This document shows, one piece after another, positions 38,569-47,346 of a DNA stretch of 64,000 bases. A program made the translations under genes and the position numbers. The notes below the pieces were generated by a model, which ran no database searches, was not told where the DNA came from, and saw nothing but the letters and a program-made list of their open reading frames with translations. Origin of the DNA: Minisyncoccia bacterium (lineage in GTDB: Bacteria > Patescibacteriota > Minisyncoccia > Phycocordibacterales > UBA918); the NCBI GenBank assembly GCA_046598345.1, contig JBKJIT010000004.1, positions 201,226-265,225 on the forward strand. Reading direction: 5' to 3'. Every line of letters begins with the position of its first letter. Within the stretch, counting starts at the first letter, position 1.

Positions 38569-39057
38569 GTGCCTATGTCACCTCATGGTATCGATAAAGT
38601 GATTAGTGCAGTGGGGTCAGTCTCATCCCTCCTCATCCATACTTGTCTTTTTGCTAGTGCTTTTCTCCTTGCGCTTTTTGGTGTTGTGGAATGGAGTATT
38701 ATGCTCCTTATTCTAACAACCGTTGTATCACTGGAGGCAATTTATCTTGCAATTTTTATTCAAATGAGTGTTACAAGGCAAGCTAAAGATCTTGAAAGTG
38801 TTAGTGAAGATGTTGAGGATATTCAAGAAGACATCGAAGAAATTAGTCACGATGTGGATGAGATTCAAAAAGACGTTGATGAGATTCAGGAGGACGTAGA
38901 CGAAATTCAAGAGGATGTTGAGGAGATTCAGGAAGATGTGGAAGAAATCACAGAAGAACCCGAAATCCACAATCAAAGTTCGCAAACTGTCTCTATAGAT
39001 GAACTGACATCAGATCTTCGAAAAATTCTTGCGAACTTAGAGCGACTCCAAAAATAA
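38569..39057 (+). CDS. small 2-TM membrane protein with acidic heptad-repeat tail (DUF1003-like)
   Basis: Two hydrophobic helices, then 7 tandem 21-bp (7-aa) repeats DV(D/E)EIQE at ~38806-38952. Confidence 0.5.
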   Translation: MPMSPHGIDKVISAVGSVSSLLIHTCLFASAFLLALFGVVEWSIMLLILTTVVSLEAIYLAIFIQMSVTRQAKDLESVSEDVEDIQEDIEEISHDVDEIQKDVDEIQEDVDEIQEDVEEIQEDVEEITEEPEIHNQSSQTVSIDELTSDLRKILANLERLQK

Positions 39058-39063
39058 CAAACA

Positions 39064-39098
39064 CCCTGTTACGCAGGGTGTTTGTTATTTTTGTGTAA
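39064..39098. terminator. bidirectional rho-independent terminator between convergent genes
   Basis: 13-bp stem aacaaacaccctg/cagggtgtttgtt flanked by an A-run and a T-run (aaaaataacaaac....gttatttttgtg). Confidence 0.75.
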
Positions 39099-39133
39099 GT
39101 GCAAACCTCTTGTGACGAGAACAGCACCAATGA

Positions 39134-42022
39134 TTATTGGTTTAATATTGTGCGTGTTTTTGGCCCTACGGTACCTGTGGGCTCAATTACATGCTTTAGT
39201 TGCAGGAATTTGACGGCAGATTTAGTTAGGTCTCCAAAGTAACCGGTTATGTCTCCATTGTAAACCTCAAGTGAGGTAAGTAGCTTCTGAAGCTCCGACA
39301 CCTCGGTTCCGCTAGAGCCAAGTTGTAGATCTTTTGTAAAAAAGTATTTAGAAGCACCCATGACTTCTGAAGATACTGTTTGTAATACGGTTAAATCTAC
39401 TTCATTACTCAATAAACCGTTCGGAAGCTGTGCAGAGATTTTGTGGAGCCCTATACTTGTTACTGGAACATAAAAGGTGAGTTGGTTTTCAGAAGGAGTG
39501 TTAATAAGAGCTGGTCGATTCTTATCGAACATGATGTAGGTAACACCTCTCAAATTTATGCCTTCTACGGTAATTAATCTGCCGATTTCAGCTGAACTTG
39601 CGGAAATTGATCCAATATATGGAGCGTCGCTGCACTGATCTAGGAGGATTTTAATACTGGAAATATCAGAAGCAGTAATGGTAAGACTTGCATTTAGATC
39701 AGCTTTGTCATCGAAACCAGAATTGGAAGAAATAAGCCCAGACTTTGATTTAACATATTCAACATCTTTTGCGTCAATAGAACCATCTCCGTTTACATCG
39801 GCATTTGAACACGTTGGTGCAGCAGTTCCTGAAGTACTTACAGTGTAAGTGAGAACCGTACAATTATTCGTTTCACTTGATTCACTCACAATCCCTGAAG
39901 AATCAACACAGTGCCTCACTTGCAGAGTCCCTGATTTAGTAAGTGCTAAACTAGCTGAAGTATCAAGGAACCGTCCTCCTGCAGCTGTTGTTCCTCGAGG
40001 ACTTGTAGTATTCAATGCTTCCCATGGACTTATGGTGTCGTAGCGGTAAGAAAAACTATCGACATACATTGACGGTGCATTTACTGTACTGCTATTTTTT
40101 ACTTCAGCAGTAAATGAAAGAGTCTGCCCCACTGTATAAACTGAGCTATTTCCTGAAACGAGAGTAAATGCTTGGCTGATAAGATCGGGTAATGCTGCGT
40201 TAGTTTGCGTAACCGATACAGAAACTGTTGCAGATTTAGAAACTGAGCCAGCTGAATTTGAACAAGTAATAGTATAGGTTGTCGTTTCTGTAGGATTTAC
40301 AATCGCTGTCGCAGAAGTCTTGCCAGAATCCCATCCAACATTCGTGGCGCTACAATAATCGGCACCAGTGGACGAAAGTGTTAGCGAACTACTTTGCCCG
40401 ACAGTGATGCTTGACGGTGTTGCTGCAAAATTTGTGATTATTGGTAGCGTCGATAAAGTATTTGGATTAACACTATACACGACTATAGTGCAATTATTGG
40501 TTTCGTTGGATTCGCTTACAATCCCAGAAGAATCAACGCAATGTTTTACTTCCAATAATCCTGCCTGAGTAAGCATGAGTGATGATGAGGTATCGAGGAA
40601 CCTACCCCCCGCAGCAGTGGTTCCGCGAGGACTTGTGGTATTGAGGGTAATCCAAGAACCGGACGACCCGTAGCGGTACGAGAATGTATCAACATACATT
40701 GATGGAGACTGGGTAGTGCTATTGTTTTTTACTTCTGCCGAAAATGAGATAGTTTGTCCGACAGTGAGCACTGGACTGGGGCCCGAGCTAAGACCAAAGG
40801 TTTGGCTAATGAGATCTGGCAATCCGGTAGTAACTTCAGTTACGGGTGCACACGCATTGAGCCACGAGAGGATTGAGCTTGCTTCGGTCCGTCTTGCTCC
40901 AGTGCCAACCGCTCCAGTTGTGAGCGAACTCCCTGTAAGCCCTGTGAGATACCTTGTGATTATAAGTCCGTCTGTGAGTGAAGAAATTTTGTCATCACCG
41001 TCTGCGTCGTAATCATGAGTTGCAATAAAGTTTTCAATGGCCGTTGAAGTTATGCGCGTAGCACCTGCCCCAATCACACCAGTAATGAGCTGGCTCCCTC
41101 GGTAGGAGTTAAGGTACCGAGTAATTAACAAGCCATCTGTAAGCGCATCTTTTTTTCCGTTACCATCGATGTCGAGGTTACAAGCTTCTACAGTTGAATC
41201 TGAATCCAATGAAGGTGTACCCCCAATTGTGAAAGGCCCAGTTTGGCCATCACCAGTTCCACCTCTATGGATTCCTGTGCTGTAATCGTAGACAGTCAGG
41301 GCGTATGCTCCATTTTTTAAGTTCGGATCATGGGCCCAAACAAAACTACCTGTATTTGAGATGCCTTGAGCAAGATATTTTGCTACTTGGCCGTTTTTTT
41401 CTCCTGATGCAAAAAAAAGTGCAATACCTATTTTATGATCGCCTAATCCTGACGAGGTCCATCTTATAGTTGCAATTGGTGAATTACCCGTTCCTTTTGT
41501 ACCACTATTATCTAAACTATACCCTGCTTGTGGATAGGTTACAGTAATAGCTGGCGTTTCAGCAACTGGAAGAGGTATGTCTGACTCGCATGTGTAAAAT
41601 GCATTTAGTTTTGCACGTGTACTTGGGCCCGTCTTCCCTGTTCCATAGAGAAGGCCATACGGTGCAAGGATTTCGCTCGCATACTTTTGTTGGAAGCCCG
41701 TTACGGCAGCCGCAGTTGCCTCGTCGTAGGATGTGGAATCATTGGAGTTAAAACCTTGAAGCTTAAGTGCTGTCTTTAATGCAATCACTTCAGCGCCGGA
41801 ATCACCCACATTCAAGTTATATGTAAACTCATGACAAAACGATCCACTGGATGTCTCACCAGTAGTTCTGCCAGTCATAGTATTAACTTGTGCCTGAAGT
41901 TGCGTAATGAGAGCAAGCAACTGCTGAATTTGTGCAAGCATTTCGTCAATCGTTGCCGCCTTCGAAACAATGGGTGTAAATAGTGCGAATACAAGCAAAG
42001 TGCTAACAAGGAGTTTTTTCAT
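39134..42022 (-). CDS. large secreted surface protein: signal peptide, PG_binding_1-like domains at both ends, dockerin/EF-hand-like Ca-binding repeats, two CARDB-like domains
   Basis: MKKLLVSTLLVFALFTPIVSKA signal. PG-binding-like VGDSGAEVIALKTALKLQGF... and C-terminal LQLGSSGTEVSELQKLL... Asp/Gly-rich repeats DIDGNGKKDALTDGLLITRYL and DYDADGDDKISSLTDGLIITRYL. Two ~115-aa paralogous segments ending ...SESNETNNC / ...SESSETNNC (CARDB E-x-NE-x-NN signature). Confidence 0.7.
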   Translation of the reverse strand: MKKLLVSTLLVFALFTPIVSKAATIDEMLAQIQQLLALITQLQAQVNTMTGRTTGETSSGSFCHEFTYNLNVGDSGAEVIALKTALKLQGFNSNDSTSYDEATAAAVTGFQQKYASEILAPYGLLYGTGKTGPSTRAKLNAFYTCESDIPLPVAETPAITVTYPQAGYSLDNSGTKGTGNSPIATIRWTSSGLGDHKIGIALFFASGEKNGQVAKYLAQGISNTGSFVWAHDPNLKNGAYALTVYDYSTGIHRGGTGDGQTGPFTIGGTPSLDSDSTVEACNLDIDGNGKKDALTDGLLITRYLNSYRGSQLITGVIGAGATRITSTAIENFIATHDYDADGDDKISSLTDGLIITRYLTGLTGSSLTTGAVGTGARRTEASSILSWLNACAPVTEVTTGLPDLISQTFGLSSGPSPVLTVGQTISFSAEVKNNSTTQSPSMYVDTFSYRYGSSGSWITLNTTSPRGTTAAGGRFLDTSSSLMLTQAGLLEVKHCVDSSGIVSESNETNNCTIVVYSVNPNTLSTLPIITNFAATPSSITVGQSSSLTLSSTGADYCSATNVGWDSGKTSATAIVNPTETTTYTITCSNSAGSVSKSATVSVSVTQTNAALPDLISQAFTLVSGNSSVYTVGQTLSFTAEVKNSSTVNAPSMYVDSFSYRYDTISPWEALNTTSPRGTTAAGGRFLDTSASLALTKSGTLQVRHCVDSSGIVSESSETNNCTVLTYTVSTSGTAAPTCSNADVNGDGSIDAKDVEYVKSKSGLISSNSGFDDKADLNASLTITASDISSIKILLDQCSDAPYIGSISASSAEIGRLITVEGINLRGVTYIMFDKNRPALINTPSENQLTFYVPVTSIGLHKISAQLPNGLLSNEVDLTVLQTVSSEVMGASKYFFTKDLQLGSSGTEVSELQKLLTSLEVYNGDITGYFGDLTKSAVKFLQLKHVIEPTGTVGPKTRTILNQ

Positions 42023-42101
42023 TAAAAGTGATTAGATTTATATACTTTCAGCATATCACCTTCATGATAAAAATATGAAGTTCTCCCCTATTCCAAGGTG
42101 A

Positions 42102-44117
42102 TTACCTGTTTAAGAGGGCTCGAGTTTGTGCACCTATAATTCCAACCGCAGGCAGCTGAAAGGCTCCCTGGAAGTGAAGCGCAGCGAGTTTAGTAGCCTC
42201 ACCAAAGAATCCGGTTGGCTCTCCAGAGAAAAATCCTTTTTGAGTAAGTACTTTCTGAAGTTCAGTAACTTCAGTACCACTGTCTCCAAATTGTAAAGTT
42301 TTAGTAAAATTATATTTGTACGTTCCGAGTACCTGACCGGGTGTCACAATCATAAATATGGTATTGCAGTTATTCACCTCATTTGATTCAAGCGTTACAT
42401 TGGTTGTGTCTACACAGTGCATCACTTCTAGTACGCCACTTTCCGATAGATAAATTTGCCCAGAAATGTCCATGAAACGACCTGATTCTGCTGTGGTCCC
42501 GTGCATGCCGGTGTTATTAACTGTTGTCCAAGGAGTTCCTGATGCATACCTGTAATAAAATGTATCAATGTAACCACTCGGAGCCTGTGCATATATTGAG
42601 TCATTTTTAACTTCTGCAGTGAAATTAACTGATTGTCCTTTTACCAAACTACCGGAAGACAACCTGAGTGCTTGACTGATAAGGTCTGGTCTTGTTGTGG
42701 TTCCGCCAGGTTGTACAACAACTGTTACAGAAGATGAAGCTGAGCCGTAAGAGTTAAAGCAAGTGACGCTATAAGTAGTTGTCTGCTTGGGATAGAAAAA
42801 CTGAACTGCAGTCGTAGCGTTCGTTGCATTTGCTGTATTCTTACATGCAGTGGCATTCGAACTTGAATACTTTAGGGCAGTATAATTTCCTGCTGTAATT
42901 AAATTTGGTGAAGCTGAAAGCGTCACTGTAGGATATGAGGGTTGTGGTACCGGTTGATTAATGCCGCGAATCATTTGATAGTTAGTAGCAAATTCTCCGA
43001 TAGGAAGGGGCAGATATTGATATCCAAGCGTTGTTGTAGTGCTGAAGTTAAGACTAGTCAATTCAGCTCTTATTGACTCCGTAAAAGCACCATTCAATTT
43101 CATAACTCCGTTAAAATTGAACGAACGTGTTGTTCCTGCGGCAATTTTATACAAATTCACTGGCTCTTCTAAAGAAGAAGATTCTAAAGATGCACTGACG
43201 ACAGAAATATATCCAGGAACTATTCCATCAGGTTTTTTAGCAGTAAAAGTAAGTCCCAAGCCTGTACTCGTCGACATGGCTGTAAACGTTGAATTTCGTC
43301 CAATGTACACATCCACTACTGGAGCGGTTACCTCAAACTCAATCGAATATACACCATGCACTTCTCCCGAATCTCCTATGGGTCTACTCTCTGCACTTGA
43401 ATCTGCAAAATCAATAATTGGATCTGGGATGGGAATTATTTTTACTGTAACAATATTACTCTGTCCATTTTCATTTGTTATATAAAGAGGATACGTGTTC
43501 CCAGGCGTAAGAGAAAATGGAACTGTAATCATAAGTTGAGTGTCTGTCGCCCACTTTGCTTTTGCTTGCATCCCTCCAATGGAAGCAGAAATTGCATCAA
43601 TAGAATTAATTCCAAGATACTTTCCATTAATAACCAAGTCCCCTGATGCATATGCTTCAAAACTTTGCGCTGCATAAGCTTCTGTTGATGCGATATACGG
43701 TTTGTATGAAAGTCCTGATGTTTGGGCAAGATTGAAATAATCGTTGCTATAGTCACACAATGGTTTAGAGGAAACAGGATCAATAGTCCCGTTATCGCAG
43801 ACGGCAACTTTATATTTACCAGGAGCAACAGTTGCAGGAACAGCAAGTGAATCAATTTGTTTTTTCTTTACATTGGTAAAGAGTGGAATTTTTGACACGA
43901 CACTCGCATTCATTGGGCTGTACAAAAAGGCAACCGGTTGTTTGGGAACATGGGTAGCACTCCAGGTAAAAGGAAGAAGATTTACATCTTTTCTTCCTAA
44001 AGAAATGGTCTCACCACCGTTAGGGGTAAGAATAGTAATTGAGGGAGTCTGCGCGGATGAGACTGCCGGCATAAGTAAACCAAGCGCAAATATAAAGCTT
44101 AGAAGCAGTTTTTTCAT
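42102..44117 (-). CDS. paralogous secreted surface protein with one CARDB-like domain and C-terminal PG_binding_1-like domain
   Basis: Signal MKKLLLSFIFALGLLMPAVSSA. CARDB-like segment ...LESNEVNNC. C-terminal LQFGDSGTEVTELQKVL... Its upstream region is homologous to the upstream region of the 39134-42022 gene (shared agcatatcacc...tatgaag...cccc). Confidence 0.7.
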   Translation of the reverse strand: MKKLLLSFIFALGLLMPAVSSAQTPSITILTPNGGETISLGRKDVNLLPFTWSATHVPKQPVAFLYSPMNASVVSKIPLFTNVKKKQIDSLAVPATVAPGKYKVAVCDNGTIDPVSSKPLCDYSNDYFNLAQTSGLSYKPYIASTEAYAAQSFEAYASGDLVINGKYLGINSIDAISASIGGMQAKAKWATDTQLMITVPFSLTPGNTYPLYITNENGQSNIVTVKIIPIPDPIIDFADSSAESRPIGDSGEVHGVYSIEFEVTAPVVDVYIGRNSTFTAMSTSTGLGLTFTAKKPDGIVPGYISVVSASLESSSLEEPVNLYKIAAGTTRSFNFNGVMKLNGAFTESIRAELTSLNFSTTTTLGYQYLPLPIGEFATNYQMIRGINQPVPQPSYPTVTLSASPNLITAGNYTALKYSSSNATACKNTANATNATTAVQFFYPKQTTTYSVTCFNSYGSASSSVTVVVQPGGTTTRPDLISQALRLSSGSLVKGQSVNFTAEVKNDSIYAQAPSGYIDTFYYRYASGTPWTTVNNTGMHGTTAESGRFMDISGQIYLSESGVLEVMHCVDTTNVTLESNEVNNCNTIFMIVTPGQVLGTYKYNFTKTLQFGDSGTEVTELQKVLTQKGFFSGEPTGFFGEATKLAALHFQGAFQLPAVGIIGAQTRALLNR

Positions 44118-44278
44118 CAGAATGAGTTTAGATTAATATGCACTTAGCATATCACCGTTCTCACAATATTATGAAGATGTCCCCAATGTCAGCCAATTTC
44201 AGCCCGATCTGATGGATTTGCTGGCTCTCTTTACTTACATTTAACTAAAAACAAATGCTTTTTGTTACACTTTCCTCG

Positions 44279-44451
44279 TTCATCGGGCTGTAAAAAAGTT
44301 TTCAACCCTCGTCTCGAAAGTAATATCCATATAAATATGATATTCTTTCTCGACTTCGGGCTGGATAAAGCATTTATACATCTCCTTTTCATTCGGTCAC
44401 AGTATCAAATAATGTATTTGTGATACTATGACACTCATTCATCGGGCTGTA
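44279..44451 (+). repeat. three direct copies of (c)(a/g)TTCATCGGGCTGTA-type motif upstream of tRNA-Pro (44279-44293, 44352-44365, 44436-44451); inverted CAGCCCGA at 44697-44704
   Basis: Read directly. Copies 1 and 3 are 15/16 identical. Copy 3 runs into a tRNA-like fragment. Confidence 0.55.
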
Positions 44452-44481
44452 GTATACCGGTAGTACGCGTCCATGTCGGGG
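44441..44481 (+). other. degenerate partial copy of the tRNA-Pro 5' half (acceptor/D-arm/anticodon-stem 5' side)
   Basis: gggctgtaGTATAccGGTAGTACGcgTCCATG compared with the tRNA cggggtataGTATAgtGGTAGTACGtaTCCATG, located 14 bp upstream of the intact gene. Confidence 0.45.
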
Positions 44482-44494
44482 AAAAAATAATTGT

Positions 44495-44565
44495 CGGGGT
44501 ATAGTATAGTGGTAGTACGTATCCATGGGGTGGATATAGTCTGAGTTCGATTCTCGGTACCCCGA
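44495..44565 (+). tRNA. tRNA-Pro (anticodon GGG)
   Basis: Manual fold: acceptor CGGGGTA/TACCCCG, D-arm GTAT/GTAC, anticodon stem TATCC/GGATA with loop ATGGGGT (U33, GGG, G37), T-arm CTGAG-TTCGATT-CTCGG, discriminator A. Confidence 0.82.
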
Positions 44566-44578
44566 CAATTAATTTTTC

Positions 44579-44599
44579 CAGAAGCATGAGATGCTTCTG
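44579..44599 (+). other. perfect 9-bp hairpin cagaagcat-gag-atgcttctg downstream of tRNA-Pro
   Basis: Read directly; preceded by aattttt. Confidence 0.4.
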
Positions 44600-44636
44600 A
44601 TGTAGACCGGTTCACATCCTACAGATGCTGTATACC

Positions 44637-44694
44637 TTTCGCACTCCGCCAGCTAGCGGATGCTCTAGGTCTTGCGAAGCTCTGCTTCTCACCC
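44637..44694 (+). repeat. composite repeat (module 1 at 44637-44669 plus module 2 at 44670-44694), same family as 35394-35460, 26522-26548, 34241-34267
   Basis: See the paired alignment given for 35394-35460. Module 2 tcttgcgaagctctgcttctcaccc resembles ggtcttgcgaaagtctcccagactttctcaccc at 34238-34270. Confidence 0.55.
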
Positions 44695-44720
44695 GGCAGC
44701 CCGACAAACACAAAGGAAAT

Positions 44721-45020
44721 TTAATTAAGTCTCAGCCCATCTATCTTCTTTGCAAGTTCAAAGTCTGAATGCGTCAGACCTTTTGCATCATGCGTCGTAA
44801 GTGTGATCTTCACCTTGCCATACGATAGCTCCACAACTGGGTGATGGTTTAAGATTTCTGCATGTACAGTCACCTTTGCAATAAAGGCGAGGCCATTTAT
44901 GAATGAAGGGAAAAGAAACGTCTTAGAAAGTTCAGTCTTCTTTTTATTAAGTTGCCACTCCGAAAGAGCCTTTAATTTTTTATCAATATCTTTTGCGAGA
45001 AGTGCTTTCAGTGTACTCAT
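44721..45020 (-). CDS. pterin-4a-carbinolamine dehydratase (PCD/DCoH)
   Basis: 99 aa with NGLAFIAKVTVHAEILNHHPVVELSYGKVKITLTTHD, a PCD signature. Confidence 0.78.
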   Translation of the reverse strand: MSTLKALLAKDIDKKLKALSEWQLNKKKTELSKTFLFPSFINGLAFIAKVTVHAEILNHHPVVELSYGKVKITLTTHDAKGLTHSDFELAKKIDGLRLN

Positions 45021-45040
45021 ACAGTAAGAATACCATGTTC

Positions 45041-46015
45041 CTATGGGCGCTCTAGTGCGTCAATGAGAAGATGAGTTATAAAATCCTTGTACGTTCCACC
45101 AACTGCAAGAATTGCTTTTGGCAATAATGAGTTAGGTGTTAATCCTGGAAGTGTATTAACTTCGAGAAAATAGATTCCGTCAGGGGCAACTATAAAGTCT
45201 GACCGTGAATACTGCGAGAGATCAAGTGTTTCATGTGCTAGTTTCGCCCACGCTTCCAGAGTTGCTTTTGTTTCATGATTAAATCTCGAAGGGCAGATTT
45301 CCTCTGTTTCACCCGAATACTTCACCTCTCTATCAAAAAACTCAGCGTGAGGCGGTGGTACGATCTCAATTGGTGGTAGTGCGTAAAGTGCCGTATCTCG
45401 ATAATTCTCAACTACACCACAAGTTGCTTCCCTTCCCTCAATTCGTGCTTCTACAATGACCTCTTCAAAGTTCTTCAGTGCATCGGTAAGCGCTTGTGGT
45501 AGAAGTGCAGGATTTTTGACCATCATCGTTCCCACGGAAGAACCAGATGAAACTGGTTTAATAACATACTGTGGACCAAATCTATCAACGATCTTATTCG
45601 AAATGGCGTGGACATCATGGAGAGCGTCCCTCCTCACGATCATATGCGGAGCCATTTTGATCCCGGTATCCTTCAGCATGTCTTTCGTAAGGCCTTTATT
45701 CATTGCTATTCCGGAGGCCAGTGCCTTACTCCCTGTATATTTCACCTTGTAGCGATCGAGAATTCGCTGGACAGTTCCGTCTTCTCCGTATGCCCCGTGA
45801 AGCGCATTAAAAACGACGTCTACTGCGTGGAGTACCTGCTCGGGGAGACGCTCCCGTCCATCAATGAGCCACTCTCCGCGTTTCGTAATTACAATATCAA
45901 TAGGATCAAACCGCGAGCGATCGAGAGCAGCAAGAACTCCTGCACCGGTTTCGAGTGAAATCGGGTATTCGTCACTTGGCCCGCCGCGCAAAACTGCTAC
46001 CCGTATGTTATGCAT
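45041..46015 (-). CDS. ddl: D-alanine--D-alanine ligase
   Basis: VAVLRGGPSDEY...ALHGAYGEDGTVQ...ATP-grasp...FLEVNTLPGLT. Confidence 0.9.
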   Translation of the reverse strand: MHNIRVAVLRGGPSDEYPISLETGAGVLAALDRSRFDPIDIVITKRGEWLIDGRERLPEQVLHAVDVVFNALHGAYGEDGTVQRILDRYKVKYTGSKALASGIAMNKGLTKDMLKDTGIKMAPHMIVRRDALHDVHAISNKIVDRFGPQYVIKPVSSGSSVGTMMVKNPALLPQALTDALKNFEEVIVEARIEGREATCGVVENYRDTALYALPPIEIVPPPHAEFFDREVKYSGETEEICPSRFNHETKATLEAWAKLAHETLDLSQYSRSDFIVAPDGIYFLEVNTLPGLTPNSLLPKAILAVGGTYKDFITHLLIDALERP

Positions 46016-46109
46016 ACCGTAAGTTTATCATGCAGACTTTTCTGCCGGCGCATATTTATACAGGTCACGATATGCTATTTTTTTCACATTGGGTGTAACT
46101 GGCAGTGCG

Positions 46110-47342
46110 CTACTTTCGTTGTATTTTCCTTTTTGATCTGTGATACGTAATGGCAAAACGGTGTGCCTCAGCGTTCGCAAGCAAGATTTCATTTTGATAC
46201 TCACGCACAATTTTGGTAGCCCCAATCACTCGTACTGGTTTATGAGCTTCATTCTTTACTACACCAACCACTGGTATTACCATCGCGTGTCGCTTTAGTA
46301 CGCGTTCCGCTGCATTTTTTTGCGCTGTACTGCCATCTACCACAATAATTTGGGGAAATGGCCATTCAGGATGTCCAAGGCGCCTTTCAAGGACTTCACG
46401 CAGTGCCGCTGTGTCATTTGATTTTTGGACACTCTCGATCTTAAACTTACGATAACTGTCCTTAGCGAGTGTACCCGATTCAAGTACAGTCATAACCCCC
46501 ACCATATGTTCACCTCCCATATGTGCAATATCATACGCCTCAATTCGAATCTCTTTTTCATCTCGGTACACGCGCGTCTCTTCCTTCATCAGTGCAATGT
46601 CCTGAATGTGGGTTAACGCAAAAATCTTTCGCTTTACGGTAGTAGCTTCCTCAAATCGCTCAGCCTTAGCAAGGAGCACCATCTCTCGAGTAAGTTCTTT
46701 AATGATCTGTCCCTTTTTGCCTTCAAAAAATAGCTTGATATGTCGTATCGTCTTTGCGTACTCTTCTTTACTTTGTACTCCTGGATAGAGGCCAATCTGT
46801 CGATTAAAATCTATTTTCCCTCGCGACATTTTAGTTGTGCTTTCTTGCACTGACTTTGTCGTATCATAAAATTGAAAAAGCTTCCTGATGATTTTTAAAG
46901 CATCCCTAAACAGCAGTCCATTAGGAAACGGACCAAATACATACTTGCAATCGAGCTCATCATATTTTTCGTGGAGATCCTTTCCACGTATAACAAGCAC
47001 GCGAGGGAACTCTTCATTAGTAATAATGAGATGGTTAAAACTTTTATCATCTTTCGAGCGCGTATTGCAGCGAGGTTTGTGCGTACGAATGAGATTTACT
47101 TCAAGAATCATCGCCTCAAGCACAGAATCAGTGATCGTCCAACTAATCTCGCGAGCATCTCTTACCATCTGCGAAATAAGCTCGCTCCGTTTCTCGTGAA
47201 GTGCTGGATCAAAATAACTTCGAATGCGGTGACGAAGAGACGTAGCTTTTCCAATGTACAGAATTTCCTTATTTCTTCCGAGAAAAAAATATACCCCAGG
47301 AGTATCGGGGATATTTCGCTTTGTAAATCGATCTTTCGTCAT
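46110..47342 (-). CDS. uvrC: excinuclease ABC subunit C, short form lacking the C-terminal (HhH)2 domain
   Basis: GIY-YIG N-terminus (TPGVYFFLGRNKEILYIGKATSLRHRIRSYF) and EndoV/RNaseH-like region (...NEAHRFAITYHRSKR). Ends after 410 aa. Confidence 0.8.
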   Translation of the reverse strand: MTKDRFTKRNIPDTPGVYFFLGRNKEILYIGKATSLRHRIRSYFDPALHEKRSELISQMVRDAREISWTITDSVLEAMILEVNLIRTHKPRCNTRSKDDKSFNHLIITNEEFPRVLVIRGKDLHEKYDELDCKYVFGPFPNGLLFRDALKIIRKLFQFYDTTKSVQESTTKMSRGKIDFNRQIGLYPGVQSKEEYAKTIRHIKLFFEGKKGQIIKELTREMVLLAKAERFEEATTVKRKIFALTHIQDIALMKEETRVYRDEKEIRIEAYDIAHMGGEHMVGVMTVLESGTLAKDSYRKFKIESVQKSNDTAALREVLERRLGHPEWPFPQIIVVDGSTAQKNAAERVLKRHAMVIPVVGVVKNEAHKPVRVIGATKIVREYQNEILLANAEAHRFAITYHRSKRKIQRK

Positions 47343-47346
47343 GTAG

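Noticed and set aside
38530-38570. tggcatactgtgcc resembling a sigma-54 -24/-12 element
   Set aside because: The spacing between GG and GC is 8 nt rather than the 10 nt of the consensus.
46028-46225. 65-aa minus ORF overlapping the 3' end of uvrC
   Set aside because: Out-of-frame overlap with the conserved UvrC C-terminal block; no features.
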